Positions 24,883-39,417 of a stretch of 64,000 nt of DNA are shown here, in pieces. Below the pieces are notes generated by a model. It was not told the DNA's origin. It saw nothing but the letters and a program-made list of their open reading frames with translations, and searched no databases. Made by a program: the position numbers and the translations under genes. Numbering within the stretch: the stretch's first letter is position 1; every line of letters begins with the position of its first letter. Location of the stretch: contig OX597834.1 in NCBI GenBank assembly GCA_951406725.2, forward strand, positions 38,254,001 to 38,318,000, in the 5' to 3' direction. This DNA comes from Octopus vulgaris. Its lineage: Eukaryota.

Positions 24883-27767
24883 AGAGGAATCTTACATTTT
24901 AAACATTCCTTGATAATGTTCTAAAAGCTCTAAAATCTCATTGGTTAAAGTTTATATATCTTAAATCTTAATATAGTTTTATACACAGATGCATATAAAC
25001 ACCAAAATCAACAGGAATGAATGGTAGAGAGAGAACAAGGAAAAGAAAGAAAACATCAAGAGTGGGGGCGGCAATGATAACTGTGGTAGTAGTTGTTGTT
25101 GTTGTTGTTGCTGTTCATAACAGCCAAAGTATTAGACAAAAATTATGAAGATGGGTTTTTGGAAACTGATGAATTTTTAAGGAGGCAGGACTTAGAAATG
25201 ATTAAAGCTAATGCCACTAGCCAACCTTACAGCAGCATTATTGTAAATGGAGTTGTGAGGGTTGACTTGGGTTAATACACACATTTTCTAAACACTGGGA
25301 TTGTATTCTGTCACACTGACTACCCCTGTCTACATCACAATTAGTTTATAATATCTTTCAAAATTTACTACATCAGTATTTAGAATACACGGCTATATAA
25401 ATAGATATAGGCATCTTTACCGACTAAAAATATATACATACATACATCATCACACACATTAAAAATATCCCCCAATGAATGGAAAATCACATGAAAGTTT
25501 ATTAAACATACAATCTAGACATGTATAAATATTTTCATAATCAATAAAAATATTTATGTAATCAATAAAAATAACATGCAGTTTATTATGGCATGCTACG
25601 CTAATAAAAGTTTGACTACTTCAACAGGTAGATATTTAAAATGTTGGATGCCAGAAAATTCTCAGTCAAAACAGGAGGAAATCACAAAATAATACACGAA
25701 GATGAAGTAGGAACAGTAACTTCCAAAATTATAAATTATGTAAATAGAACTTGTTTATGTAAGAGTGTGTGTATATATATATATATTCGTTATGAGGCGT
25801 TTAGAAACTATAGCAATTATATAATGAATAACAACTTTTCACCACAACATTTAACAGTGAGTCATTCTTCGTATTTATATTACAACAGAATATATTGGTT
25901 TCTCTGCACAAAAGACGATGTGAAAATGTGTGATGTTCAAGCCTTTCCCAATATCTTCAACTAATCTCGTGCTCTCTCTCTCTCTCTCTCTCTCTCTATA
26001 AACACATGTATATTTACATATACCAAAATATACATATATACGTATACACAAATATAGATATGCAAATATATTGACATATATCTACACGTATATATACATA
26101 TATGCACATATATACGTGCGTGTGTGTGGTTGATCAGGACTATCCACTACCACAATGTTTCAAGCAGAAATATCCAACACCATGACTATTCATCAACAAT
26201 GGGTAATGACCTGAAAGAAATAGCAGCTAAATCTCTCAAAATTACACTCCCACACCTAACATCTTTAAAAAGAAGGTAGAAATTGGATAAAGAAAAAATT
26301 GTTTTTAAAAAAAGACAGGATGGGCATGACTAGAATACTTGTATCTGAAGTTTGATAAATAAGAACTAACTTGGGGCTTAATAACACCAATGAGTGTGTG
26401 TGTGAGAGAGAGAGAGAGAGTCCAGTGTGTCTTAAAAGACAGATCCGGTTGATGTGTATACTAAAGAGAATATGTTCTACTCCCTTTTCCACGTGTGTGC
26501 AAACTTGCACGCACATCCACACTAGATATATTGTCAAAAAATAGCTAAGCAAGTTATTTTGAGGTCAGCAAGAATTTCAACTCACACACACACACAGACT
26601 GAAAATAGAACTGGTCGTTTTGAGAAAGGCAAAACAATATTATATTAAAAGAAATGTCAAGATAACGAATAGGTTGCATGATGGTGGTGGTGGTGGTGGT
26701 TGCTGTGAAGGCTACAGAGCTGGGATTTTGTTGAACTGAGTAGGGAGTGCTAGTTTTTTTATCATTGAAAGTCAAATGATCCAGCCTCCCTAGTAAACAA
26801 GATACTGTAATAAAATGGTGGGGGTTCAGGATGAATTTTTTCAATGGTGATATTGGTTGTGCAGTTGGTAATTTGATAATGATACTGATGGTAATAAAGA
26901 TAGTAAAAGTAATAATTACTTCTCCCCTAATCACTCCCTTATGCACCGTGCCCTTCATTACAAGCTTTCTCCCATCAACTTTCTGCATTATATTTTCTTC
27001 ATGGTGCCCATCATACTATATACATCATCCATGACATACCCATAACTGTACACTCCTTGGTCTTTTGAACATCACACACCTACCAGATGATTTCCTTCAT
27101 GTTCAGACCCCACTTTTTGTTTTTGTAAGTAAATTTTCAAAATAATATGATGTTTGAAAAGAGAAGAAAATAAGACATTGTGTGCATGTGTTCTGCAAAC
27201 AAACCTGTCTGATATCAGTGGAACATTAGCAAAACAAATTGAATACATAGTTAAAAATATGAATGAAATATGTAAGAGGAAAAGTAAAAATTAGATAATT
27301 AAAAAAAAAAATATCTTAAAATTGTCAAAAGAATTTATAAAATTTGAGAAAACATGGAATAATTCTTTGTTGGAATGGTGGAACTCGAAGCAAACAAACC
27401 TCCACAGGCAGCTTTTTGAGTTTTTCTAGTCAAATGGCTTTTTAATCTAATATTAACAAGCTTGCTTTATTTGCTTTCAGATCCACTATTTCAGAAAAAA
27501 CACTTTAAAAAATTGTTTATGATACATATTTATAATAAATATATAAAAAAAAATTTAAATAGAATAACTTTAGGAAGCAATGAAAGATTAAAATATCAGA
27601 TAAGATGCTTTTTTTCAATTTATGACTAAGTGTTGAGGTCAAGGATTCTTTTTATACAATAATTATATCAAACAACTAATTATATTTATAAATATAGAAA
27701 CATAATAGCAGTAACACTTATGTAAGTGAAAACGAATATGTCAAAATAGGATCTAATACAAATCCTG

Positions 27768-27789
27768 TACACACACACACTCACACTCA

Positions 27790-27826
<37 letters not shown>

Positions 27827-27875
27827 TCACACTCACTCACTCACACACACACACTCACTCACACACACACACTCA

Positions 27876-27906
<31 letters not shown>
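27768..27906. repeat. (CA)n/(CACT)n microsatellite
   Basis: Directly visible. Confidence 0.95.
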
Positions 27907-27909
<3 letters not shown>

Positions 27910-28858
27910 GAAGAATCATTTCAACAAAACCAAGACAAGTATTTAGCTGACACATCCCACAATGTACATTTCATATTTTGACACAAAAATTTTAAGATTT
28001 CATGAGAATTAATTCAATTTATTTGTCAGAAATATGATAGAGAGCATATCCAATACTTAAGACATGTCTTCAACTACTCCAGGGTTTATAATAAAAAAGA
28101 AAACAAGTACATATTTCAGAAACAAACTTCAAGAGTTCCTTCTTACACTACTTTATCAAAATCTGTTCTATATTTTTGCAAAACTCCCATCTGACTTTAA
28201 ATATTTTCTAAGTCTTCATCCAGCTAGACACCATTCACCAACCCAAACTTGTAATTCAAATGCAACACTTAATAATATTTCTTCATATTAGAACACAAAG
28301 TCAGTTTCCTATCAGTCAAACTTTCACCATTTCCTCTATCTATTTATTGTTAAATAAATAAATGAGAGAGAAGCAGGAGGGATGGAGAGCAAGAGAGGGA
28401 GAGAGAGAGAGAGAGAGTTTTAGCATGATGACTGAGCCCCAGCATGGCTACAGCTAGAAGGCTGAATCAAGAATAAAGCTTATTATATTAAGCTGTTCTC
28501 TGTAAATTAGTAAAATTCTTCTTCTTCACAATACTTCAGAATCAGAAAAGAGTAAATCACTGACTTAGCAATTGACAGTTTTCCTATTCTTTTACTTTGA
28601 AGAAGAAACTATTTTCTGTAAATCCAAGATCCAGTCAATCACATCTATTTTTTTTATTTTTACTTGTTTCAGTCAGTAGACTGTGGCCATGCTGAAGCAC
28701 CACCATGAAGAATTCTTAGTTGAATGGATCAACCCCAGTACTTACCATGTGGTTGCAAGGCAAGCTTCTAACCACACAGCCACTTCTAGTCTCTCAGAGT
28801 AAAATCTTTTAGATCCTCTTTCTTTGTCTAAATATCCATCATTGACTGTATCTCCCCC

Positions 28859-28897
<39 letters not shown>

Positions 28898-29014
28898 AGT
28901 CACAGACACTGTATGGTCAATATTCCAGGGGTTACTTTAAAAATGATCCTGATAGCATCATAAATACCATCATTGTTTCTCTTTTTCCTATCAAGCATTA
29001 TTATCCATTTGTTA

Positions 29015-29195
29015 TTGTTAGCATGCTGGGAGAAATGCTTAGCGGTGTCTCACCCGTCGCTACATTCTGAGTTCAAAATCCACCGAGGTCGACTATGCCT
29101 TTCATCCTTTCGGAGTCAATAAATTAAGTTCCAGTGAAACACTGGGGTTGATGTAATCAACTAGTTCCCTCACCACAAATTTCAGGCTTTGTAGA
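29015..29195 (+). mobile_element. SINE (family B)
   Basis: AAATGCTTAGCGGT..TTCTGAGTTCAAAATCCACCGAGGTCGACT.TGCCTTTCATCCTTTCGG..CACTGGGGTTGATGTAATC. Confidence 0.8.
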
Positions 29196-30060
29196 AAAGA
29201 TTATTATCTATTTGTTATACCAGTCAAAACATAATTTCCTAAATTAACATGTTTTCATTAGTTCAACTCCACTCACTGTTCTTTCTATGCTAATACTCAT
29301 TCTAAGATCACATGACATTTTGCAAAGTATCTCCATTGGTTTATCTCTGACCACAATTATTCATGAAAAAAAAAACCCCACAATTTAGTTTCCTGTTTCT
29401 CTTCATTTAGTTCAACCTATTCACTACAAAATTAACAACACTGGTTCTTTCACATGTGTGTTCCTTAAAATACACAATCACCTAATTTACATGAACCAAT
29501 TTTTGTGTTTGCTATTCAATAAACACTCACTGTAACAAGTCTTCTTTGAGACAGCATGTTTGATATTTGCATTAAAAAAGCACTGAGAAGATTGAGTAAA
29601 AATAATATACTTAGGGCAGATATACAAAAACTCAAATTTAGATCAAATGTGAATTTATTCTCCTTGTAGTAACTATATGTCTCTGGGAAAGACAGTTTTA
29701 GCTGTAATAAACAGCTACCAGATCTATGGAGTACATTAACTATAAAATAGGCTACTGTTCTATCTTCGAAACATTATATCTGTGTGATTAATGTTTCTCA
29801 ATATTTTTTTCACATGGGCACAAAGCCACAAATGTTGTGAAAAGCACAGTTGATTAGACCAGTTGGTCCAAGTATTTTACCGGTACTGATTCTTAACTCT
29901 GGGTGAATGAAAAGCAAAGTTAATATCAGCAGAATTTAAACCTCACAATGAGAAAACAAAAGTAATTATTGAAAAACACTTAATCCTGTGGCCTACTGTT
30001 CCTGTCATTGCACATAGCAATGATTAATTCTATCTTTCAGCACCAGGTCACATTTTAGAG

Positions 30061-30573
30061 TAGGGGTGGGGAAACTTTTTAGTGCGGTGAGCAAAAATTT
30101 CCAAAGAAAAAGGTCCACGTGCGGATCACAAGTTCTAACTCTTATATCTGTGTAAATCTTGTATATATCTATGTATAATTTGATATACATTAATAAAGAT
30201 AAGTTTAACACATTAAATTAACATGTAACATTTTCATTAATGCTGCCACTGAATTTAGGACGTTTATATTAATTATGAAGTACTCTATATTTTTCAGCTA
30301 GAGTGTGGGTCTCAAGGGGGTGGTACAAACCTCACCCCTAGCAATACGTGTTTTATAGTGAAAACAAAACTTCCATCCGAATGGCAATTGCCAGGCGATT
30401 TTCTGTTCAAGTCTAACCATTTTAAGTCATAGGGGAAACGCAACCTATTTCGCAAATAAGACTATGAGTATTGTATGAATTTTATAATTGAAAAATTTAC
30501 TATATTTTGCACATATGAGTATACCAGCCTGCAGGTGCAATTGTGTCTGCAGGCGGGGGTTCCCCCACCCCCG
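30061..30573. mobile_element. hAT-like MITE (513 bp)
   Basis: TIRs TAGGGGTGGGGAAAC / GTTCCCCCACCCCCG; perfect 8-bp TSD TTTTAGAG at 30053-30060 and 30574-30581. Confidence 0.85.
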
Positions 30574-30889
30574 TTTTAGAGGGCAGGAACAATCAATTAG
30601 AATAACCCCAATACTTGACTGATAAGCCACTGATGGAACTGTTATGGGATCACTGAACCTGCTAGAAATAACAACCAAAATTTCACACCCAACCATCAAT
30701 AAAAAAACGAAAGGTTGCACACAAGAGTGAATTCCTAGACCCATGGAGTCTGAAATAAAAGAGGCGGTCACGGCTGAAATGGTTTTCATCATATGTATAC
30801 TGGATCAAGACTGATCTGAAGTCAAAACAAAAATTGTCATAGAACAAAAATGTAAAATCAAATTCAGTGAAATTTGAAATTAACCCACT

Positions 30890-31075
30890 TCTTATTTCTT
30901 TACTGCCCACAAGGGGCTAAACACAGAGGGGACAAACAAGGACAGACAAACGGAGTAAATCGATTACATCGACTCCAGTGCGTAACTGGCACTTATTTAA
31001 TCGACCCCGAAAGGATGAAAGGCAAAGTCGACCTCGGCGGAATTTGAACTCAGAATGTAATGGCAGAGGAAATAC
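30890..31075 (-). mobile_element. SINE (family B), well-preserved copy
   Basis: Reverse complement of the family B core with CpGs retained: CGACCCCGAAAGGATGAAAGGCAAAGTCGACCTCGGCGGAATTTGAACTCAGAA. Confidence 0.85.
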
Positions 31076-31839
31076 TGAAGTAGTATGACAACAATATAAT
31101 AAAATGGAGAAATATTTTCCAATTCACTTTAAAAAACAAATGAACCACTAGCCAATATGGTTGTTGCACCTCAGAGAAATAGCTCCCAAAACTTCCCCCA
31201 ATTGTCTTTGACTGGGAAATGGAGGAAACTAATCACCAAAGAATTTACCTAAAACTGAAATGCCTTATATTGAATAGTATATTAAATTTACCAAAAGGAT
31301 ACAGTGAATAAGAAATAAGTTCCCCTACCCCTTCTTAAGCCATCACTACAAAATAAGATTAGTAGCTGTGCAAAACTATTTTCAGTTGTTGTTACTATTA
31401 TTACCACACCAGTTCCAACATCAACAAAAATATTCATTCAATGAATACTAGATAAAAGAAGAAAAAAAAAGGAAAAAGGGGGAATGAAGGAAGAGAATAT
31501 GAAAATCACTCATACTATCTATTTATCTATCAACCTATCTATACATATATATAATACACACATGCATGCACTCACATACTACTTAAAACAATCTATACCA
31601 CCAACAGGTTCATCTGGTTTCTCTGTAGCTGGAGGCTATTTATGTAGGAAGAAAAAGAAAAAAGTGGCAGCAGCACCATTGATTTTCATGGCTGTGAAGT
31701 GAAATATATTTCAGGACCACACTAGTTCCATGTCAGATTAACCTTCGTTCATTTACACACAGGAGGCTAGCTAAGATAGTCATTCATGTAGTAACATGTG
31801 ACCTAGCACTATTATTGCAAAAGAGATAGGGCTATTTAT

Positions 31840-32620
31840 AATGAAAATAGTAGCAGATTGATGTGTTAGTTATAGGTAGCTGTCTATTGTGAATGTGTAT
31901 GTCTGCCTGAGTCAGTAGTTAGAATTTTGTATTCCTGTTTTTATATATTGTGGAGGTAGCTGAAGGAGAGAAAGCGCCACATTTGTATATATGTGGTTTC
32001 TTTCTTCTGGGTTCTGTGTTGAAGTTATACCACAGTAAGTTATAAAAGTGTGTGGAAAAACCCAGGTGAACACTGATTATGTAAACCAATGATCAAAGGC
32101 AACTAATTATCTAACTAACGACCTTCACCTAAGCTGTTTACAAGCTAGTAATTTGGAGAAGGATGAAGTATTTTCTGATGCTTAGATGTCTTTGCTATGT
32201 TAAAGATGTGTATTCATCAAGTAAACTACTTAGTAATGATGAGGTCAAGCATTTGAAACAACACAAAGGATCTAGCAGCTTGCTGTTTATGAGGATAATG
32301 TTTTCTTGATGAGTATCATGATTATATAATTGCTGAAGGAGACAAAACTGACATGACTCCTGGATTCAGAGCAGATTTGACGCAAGGTTATAATGTGGAT
32401 GAAACTTGGGTGTGAAAGATTAGGGGGATCTGAATGTGTGTGGAGGCAGAAGTGAAGGTGGTAACATGTACATCATTGATGTGTACAAGGAATAACGTGA
32501 AGAATAGAACCAAACTTTGGGACATACCAGTTTATGGAATGTAGGTAAAAAAAAAAAGGCTTCATTAACATCACACCACAATAGTGCAATCTAGAAGGAA
32601 ACTACTGATCCAAAAGCAAG
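31840..32620 (-). mobile_element. Decayed LINE reverse-transcriptase remnant (CR1/L2/Jockey/I-type)
   Basis: Minus strand gives WISSFLLDCTI (about 32580-32612) and GMSQSLVLFFTLFLVHIND (32472-32528), matching the W..SFL..R and GVPQGSVL.P.LF..YIND RT motifs; left boundary uncertain. Confidence 0.65.
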
Positions 32621-33107
32621 TGATAAATGTCAAAAGTAACAACCTTCTTCACCAAATTTCTCTAAGGTGACAAGCTCACATGAAGTGCTACGTCAGAAAC
32701 ACCCATGCCAGCATACAAAGGTGGATGCAAAACACTGATGATAATGAATGCTAATATCCAATGAAAATAACAAACCCAATTTATTTTGTATATCTAGCTA
32801 TGACTATAAGCATAAAACAAAAAGAATTCCTTCAAAAAACTTGATTCAATAATCAAAGAAACTACATGTCATCATCATCATCGTTTAACACCTGCCTTCC
32901 AATTGAGGTTGGCTTATTGTCAAAATGTACAGGATTTTTTTTTTTTTTTTGTCGCATTTGGGTGTCTAGAAATCTCTTCATTCCCTACCAGACATTCCTT
33001 AGTGTCTCAAATCATCTCGAGTCCTGCAAATTATCTCCCTCACCTGTGATAGGTATATCAAGGAGACATAGATAGAATAATCACATTTAAACTTGAAGTA
33101 GCACAAT

Positions 33108-33339
33108 ATTTTGCTGTACCTTGAGAGGGTCGTTATGTCAGTAAAAACACATGCACTGGTTCTATTTCACTTACTTTATTATTATTAAACTAGTTAACTA
33201 TTTAACCAATTAACTAATTGATATTTTAGTCAATCATTCAAACGAGTGAGGGTTTTTATTGTTATAATGACCCTCCCAAGATACAACAAAATCCATTTCA
33301 CTGCACAACTTTGCATTAAGAATCTTGCAAGCCAAAACC
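33108..33339. mobile_element. Small inverted-arm element, copy 2 (opposite orientation)
   Basis: About 41-bp imperfect arms 33108-33148 / 33252-33292; extension 33293-33339 is the reverse complement of the TTGCAAGATTC.. motif at 7429 and 53066. Confidence 0.55.
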
Positions 33340-36189
33340 GAAACAAAGTATATTGTCAGACCATTGTCTGGTGATTTCATTCAACAGCAAGCATGAGTTC
33401 TCTGATGGTTTGCCCATTAATTTTGCTAGATAAGTGGCAGTTAGCACGTGTGCCCACCAGGAACTACCTGATCATGCAGTTGGGTTCTGTAGAATTACAT
33501 TTCCAAACTAAGGGTGCATCTTCCACAATGCCACAGAATATGGTATTTTCATTTGGTGGAATAATTATTCTGATATATATATATAAATATACAACAGTAG
33601 GATATTATACAGGAAATAAGTGAATATAAGGGAGGGGAGGATGAGTGTATGCATAAAGGAAAGAAAAATGAGAGAGAGAGAGAGTGTGTGTGTGTGTTTT
33701 CAAATTCAGAATGGCTGGATTCCAGACAGGAATACATTTAGTTCAAAGAAAACCAAAAATATTCCCTTCCCTGCTGATGTCATCAATGTATAAACCACAT
33801 TAACCAAATTACTCAATCACATACATTTCCAGGGAAGTGTATGCGTGGGGACGGGGTTTATGATTTCATGAAACACAAGGTTAAGTATGTGTGTGTGTCT
33901 GTGTGAATGTGTGTGTATCCTCATACTCAACAAGTAAAAAGGATGGGCATGTTTTGAAGCCAGGGTGTGTGTGTGTGTGTGTAAGTGAGTAAGTGAATCA
34001 TGTGAGTAATAGAGTGAGATCGGGGGGGGGGAAACTTTTAATATCTGTACAACAGTGGACCATAAAGAAAATGATAGAACGAAAAGTGAATATGACATGT
34101 AGGGAAATATAAGATATGTATTAGTGCATGAAGATGAGTGGAGCGTATGTGAAGACGGGTATAGAGAGGGCAATGAAAGAGAAAGGAGGAGAGAGAGATA
34201 CTTTTACTGATTTGAGTCATTGAACTACATACTGCTTTGCTGGGACACCTTCAGGAGTGTTTAAGTTAAACACAGTAACCCAGTAATCATTTCAGTCAGG
34301 TTCTTGTTACCAACAGGCTCAATGATTCATTACACTCTACTCTGGATTTTGTTTTGACCAAGAATGTTGTGATAAGCACATTATATTACATCACACACCA
34401 TATATATGTATGTGTGGGTGTGTGACAGGCTTACGGGCTTCCGCATAGTTTTCACTTATCAAAATTCAGTCACAAGTCGTTGATCGACCTGGGCTTAATA
34501 GAAGACACTTGTCGAAGGTACAGCGCAGTGGGACTGAACCTGAAACCTCGTGGTTGCAAAATGAAGTGTGTGTGTGTGCGGGTGGGTGTTTCTGGACAGT
34601 TTCCGCCGACCACATTCTACTCCTAAAATATTAGTCAACCTAGGACTGCAGCTGGAGACACTTGCTCAACGTACCGCACAGCGAGAACGAACCCGGAACT
34701 CAAACTCACTGGTTTCGAAGAGACCTTCTTGTCTAACAGTCATGCTGGCGCTTATAAAAGGATGTAGACAAATGCATGATGAGGGAGAGAGAATGAGAAA
34801 AGGCGATTACTGAAGTGTGTGTAAAGAGAAAAAGAAGAAAACAGGAGTGTGAGGGAGAACACAATAACAGGAGGTGGGATAAAACAAACACACAAAAAAT
34901 GTTAGTTGTTGACTAAAGTTTATAGTATCTATATGGCCAGCACTAACAGTTATATCAACGACGATGATGATGATCTGCCATTAAAAGGGAAGGTCACGCT
35001 GTACTTGTTGAAAAGTGATGCAGTTTCAGATATTTATAACTTGTAGCAACTAAACAAGTATTACAACATCAAGCTATATAGTTTCTCCTCTATCTTCTTC
35101 CTTAGGCAAATCCTTAATGTCAGTTAGTCATACAAAAACACACATGCAGGTAGGTAGAACTAGTGAGAGATAATGGTGTTTATTACTAAAACTATTTAAA
35201 TGTAGGCTGGCGGCGGAGTTTGGCGGACACTGTTGTTGTTTATAGCCTTGCTGCCTTGTCTTGATCGAGGCATTCCAGTTACATTATTTTCCGTTTTCTA
35301 ATATACAAACTACATTATGTAATATTTCCTTCTCGTGTTAGACGAGAAATATTTGGTTACTATTTCAAGCACATTGAGTGAATAGGTGGAGACTCCCCCT
35401 CATTGACGTACGTTTCAACCTTTTAGCCGACTGAATCAGTGAACCAGTTTTGGTTTAGATTGAAGCTCATTTTGAATTTTAAAAAATAGGGGTTAAATGC
35501 GCCTTTAAGAGGCAGAAATTATTAGCAATTATGTCTGTTAATTTATTGAGAATAGGCATGACGCGTACATTCCCCTAAAAAGCACGTTTTGTATATAGTT
35601 AATATAGTGTGCGTATTTTGGTGCAGACAGTTCTTTTCACAACACCGTACACACACACAAGAACAATACCATTTTCCGCTGACCGTGTCAGGATAGATTA
35701 GAAGAATAGATTGAGCGTCGGACAAAATATCTGCAATATTTAGCTACAGCTTTTAGTTCAAATCCTTCAGAGACTGACTTTGCCTTTTACTCTTCTAGGG
35801 ACAGAAAACAAAATAGTCAAACACAACTGCAATTGACAGTCTCTTCCGCTCAAATTCTAGGATTTGCGCCTATGTAAAAATATGGCATAATCGAAACTAT
35901 GCCTATTCTATCTATATATCTGAAATTCCCTCGGTGATAACACGCATCGAAACAAACTCGAGGCTCTTGAGTAACTTAGCCTTTAGCTTTCAGATTTATG
36001 TACAAACTGAGATTACCAAGATAAGTTTCGGCTAGAATATGCCTAGAACTACGACTAACTTAGTAGCACCACATGGAGAGACATTTAATGATGTTATATA
36101 TTACAGTCATACTTCGGACACCTAAACAGTTACGTGTACAAACAACAAACACACACACACACATATATATATAGATATATTTAGTAAAC

Positions 36190-36226
<37 letters not shown>

Positions 36227-37287
36227 TATATTTAGTAAACCATTATATATATATATAAATATATAATGGTTTACTTTCGTGTTAGAGACACAGCAAAAAC
36301 GATTAGTCGATAAAGAATTTTCTTCTTTCGAAACACAGCAAAGGTGGGTGTTATGTATTTACCGCACAAACTGAACAATTTAAATACGGTTAAGTCTATT
36401 TGCGAAAGAGAAGGGGATAGAAGTGTAGGGGGGGGGAACTATTTCTAGACCATGTACTAATAAAATAAAAAAACAATTAACGACAGGGGAAAAACATGGA
36501 ACTAAACTAATATATTAATATAAAAAAAAAATGACTAATAGAAAAAAAAACTGACTAAGCCTTGTTGCGATTGGTCCGTTATTAGGTCATGTGTCCTTAG
36601 AGACATGCCTTGAGGTCTTGCCCCAGTAACAGCAATAGCAATAACAACAGCAGTAGTAATAGAGATTATTGTGGTGGTGTGACGAAGGTGGCAGCAAAGA
36701 GGAAAGGAGGAAGACGTAAATAGCAGGTAAGGCTGAGGATGAAGGTGAGGATGGCGAACAAACTGAAGATCACTGTATTGACGATGGCGGCGGCGGCAAT
36801 CAGCAGAGAAGATGGCATTGATAGTGGTGGAGGAAAAGCAGAGGGAGGCGGCGGCAAACAGCGGGAGATGATGGAGACGGCAACAACAGTTGCAGCCGTG
36901 GTGGTGTCAGCCTTGGTTATTCGAAGGTGGTGTTGGCGGCGAAGGCAGCCAACAGCAGCCACAAATATGTGATGAAAATAGAAGGGAGAGAGAGAGAGAG
37001 AAGGAAAAAGAAGAAAGTACTGGCCAAAAGAGGAATGTGGCGAAACTGTTATACATTTGTAAACAACTCATTTGATGGAGAAAAATAACCACAATCCACT
37101 GAAAGGATGGTATCGAACCACGCATCTCTAACCAAATGTTCTGAGCATGTGCGTATATACAATCATATATATATATATATACACACACACTATATGTAGG
37201 CATATATACACACATATCTCTGGCAGTACCCCAGCATGGTCACAGCCTCAAGGTTGAAACATAAAAGAATATATACACGCACACACC

Positions 37288-37350
<63 letters not shown>

Positions 37351-38510
37351 CTGTGTGTGTGTGTGTGGTACACAAATACCCACGCAGAAACCCTCAGTGT
37401 TGGTTGAATCGAATTACAAGTGCGGCTCTTAGGCTAAAGAAGTGTTTATGAATGTAGAATACATTCTGTTAGTGATTTCAGTATTTTGGATGCGGTCACA
37501 CCAGAGCCATTATCTTCAAAGGTAATAACCGGGGCATTACCTTCAATCGAGTGAGAACCACCTATTTCAGTCTGGTACTTCTTATCGATCTCTATTTATA
37601 GAATGATAAATTTTAATTTACCTTTCCACGTAAAAGATACGCAACTCGCAGCAGTTTTAAACCGGTATACAGAGATATGCACGCACGTGTGTGTACACAT
37701 ATGCGTGCGTGTGTGCGCGCACACATACACACACTTGTTGCGAAGCGAATGTATGTTAATTAGAATGATATTCTAATCTATATAATATAGTTTTCAAATT
37801 TTAGCACAAGGCCAGCAATTTCGGGGGCGGGGATAAGTCGATTACATCGACCCCAGTGCTCAACTGATACTTATTTTAATCGACCCCGAAAGGGTGAAAG
37901 GCAAAGTCGACCTTATCTATATAAATAATGTGTATTTATATACATATTACAGAAAAATATAAAGAGTTTATTATAAAATATATATCGTGACGGATGGTGT
38001 TTTAAGAGAAATCAATTCCATTACAAAGTTGTAAATAATTCTCTGTGAAGTAATCAGTTTGGAAGGCTGAAAGCATCAAGAGGGATGAATGACAAAATGA
38101 AACTCATCGCTTATGAACTTGAAGAGAGTTTCCATATTGAAACAGCCCGCCTTTTCCAGCACTTCTATACCGGATATAAGATTTCCAACTAATGTTTAAT
38201 GTGCACCACAGACACTTATAGCGAAATCTCAAGAGTGCCCATGTTTCAATGAATATAGTAGGGATATGATGATAGAGGCATCACAGATGCCAGCCTTGGT
38301 GGACACTTGAAGTCCCTATCTAACCAGATTAGTTTCTCCGGTGTCCCAATCGCAGCTGAATCCTTCTCAGTCTTTTAAGCTGATTCAATATATTAATGTT
38401 CATTTTGAAAACAATTAACTTCCTTGACCTTCTAAACTCTATTACACAATCTGGAAAGTGTTTATCAAAATATTTTTTTAAAATTATTTGACTTAAGCGT
38501 TAGTATAGAG

Positions 38511-38874
38511 CAATGGTTCTCAACCGATTTTTTTAGGTACGGACCCCTTTGATTACTATCTATTCTGCTGGACCCCCATCGCCATTCGATGTTTAAAAGC
38601 TAGTTTTTATAAATATTTCTTTCAAAATTCTTATTCTGCTTTTCACACATCAACTTGTGATGGTTGAACTACGTAAAACCTTCGAGAAAGCTAATCTGGC
38701 TGTTTCTTACAATAAAGAAATCTAAATCAAAATTTTTCGTAGACCTTTGAAATATTTCTGTGGATCACCAACTTACTGTTTTGCTTACACGTACCCCAAA
38801 TCCCCCACCCACCACCACCACCAAATCGTATATGGACATACAGGTGTCATATGGACCCTGGTTGAGAACGGCTG
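38511..38874. mobile_element. hAT (Charlie/MER5-like) MITE
   Basis: TIRs CAATGGTTCTCAACC / GGTTGAGAACGGCTG; 8-bp TSD GTATAGAG / GTTTAGAG; internal GGACCC motifs. Confidence 0.8.
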
Positions 38875-39014
38875 GTTTAGAGTGTCGTCTGCCTAACTAT
38901 TGGAGTGAAATGAGAAGGATGGGGTAAATAAAAACGATAAAATGTTTTTGTTAAAGACAGAGGGGAGAGAAGAAATTTTATTTTTAAATTGATCCAACCC
39001 CAAACCGTGTAAGT

Positions 39015-39240
39015 GCAGGTACGTGGCTAGGGTGATGCACTCACAATTTTACGATCGTGATTTCGATTCCTGGACCGAGCGGCGCGTTGAGTTCTTGAGC
39101 AAAAGACTTCATTTCACTTAGTCCCATTCAGCTAGCAAAACTGAGTATTCCTGCGATCGACTGGCGTCCAGTTCAGGTGGGAGTACATGCGTCACAGAAA
39201 CCAGGAAACCGGCCTTGTGACTCGGGAAAGGGCTTTATCC
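39015..39240 (+). mobile_element. tRNA-derived SINE
   Basis: B-box-like GATTTCGATTCC followed by GTTCTTGAGCAAAA.ACTTCATTTCAC..CCATTCAGCT..AAAA.TGAGTA; inverse copy at 55015-55222. Confidence 0.75.
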
Positions 39241-39383
39241 TCTTTTTAAAACTGTGTAAACCGAGAGCCAATTGTGTGAATGTGTGTGTGCGTGTGTATG
39301 GACCACACACACACACACACAAATGCAAGTTTTAAAAGCTTCCGACAAGTTACTGGATTAGCTGGGCTTTCGAGTATACTCAC

Positions 39384-39417
39384 AACACGGTAGTTCTGTA
39401 ATGAAATCCATCCACAT
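39384..39417 (-). CDS. Candidate short first coding exon (MWMDFITELPC, phase-1 donor)
   Basis: ATG at 39417 open to GTT|GTGAGTA donor in non-repetitive sequence; frame also open further upstream. No homology recognised. Confidence 0.2.

Noticed and set aside
25093-25275. Protein-like ORF AKVLDKNYEDGFLETDEFLRR...
   Set aside because: No true ATG start, no recognisable domain, weak splice signals, and no supporting plus-strand exons.
36739-36972. 77-aa ORF with poly-A/G runs and a TM-like stretch
   Set aside because: Derived from GGC/GGT/GAT-rich low-complexity DNA; overlapping ORFs on both strands; no splice or homology support.
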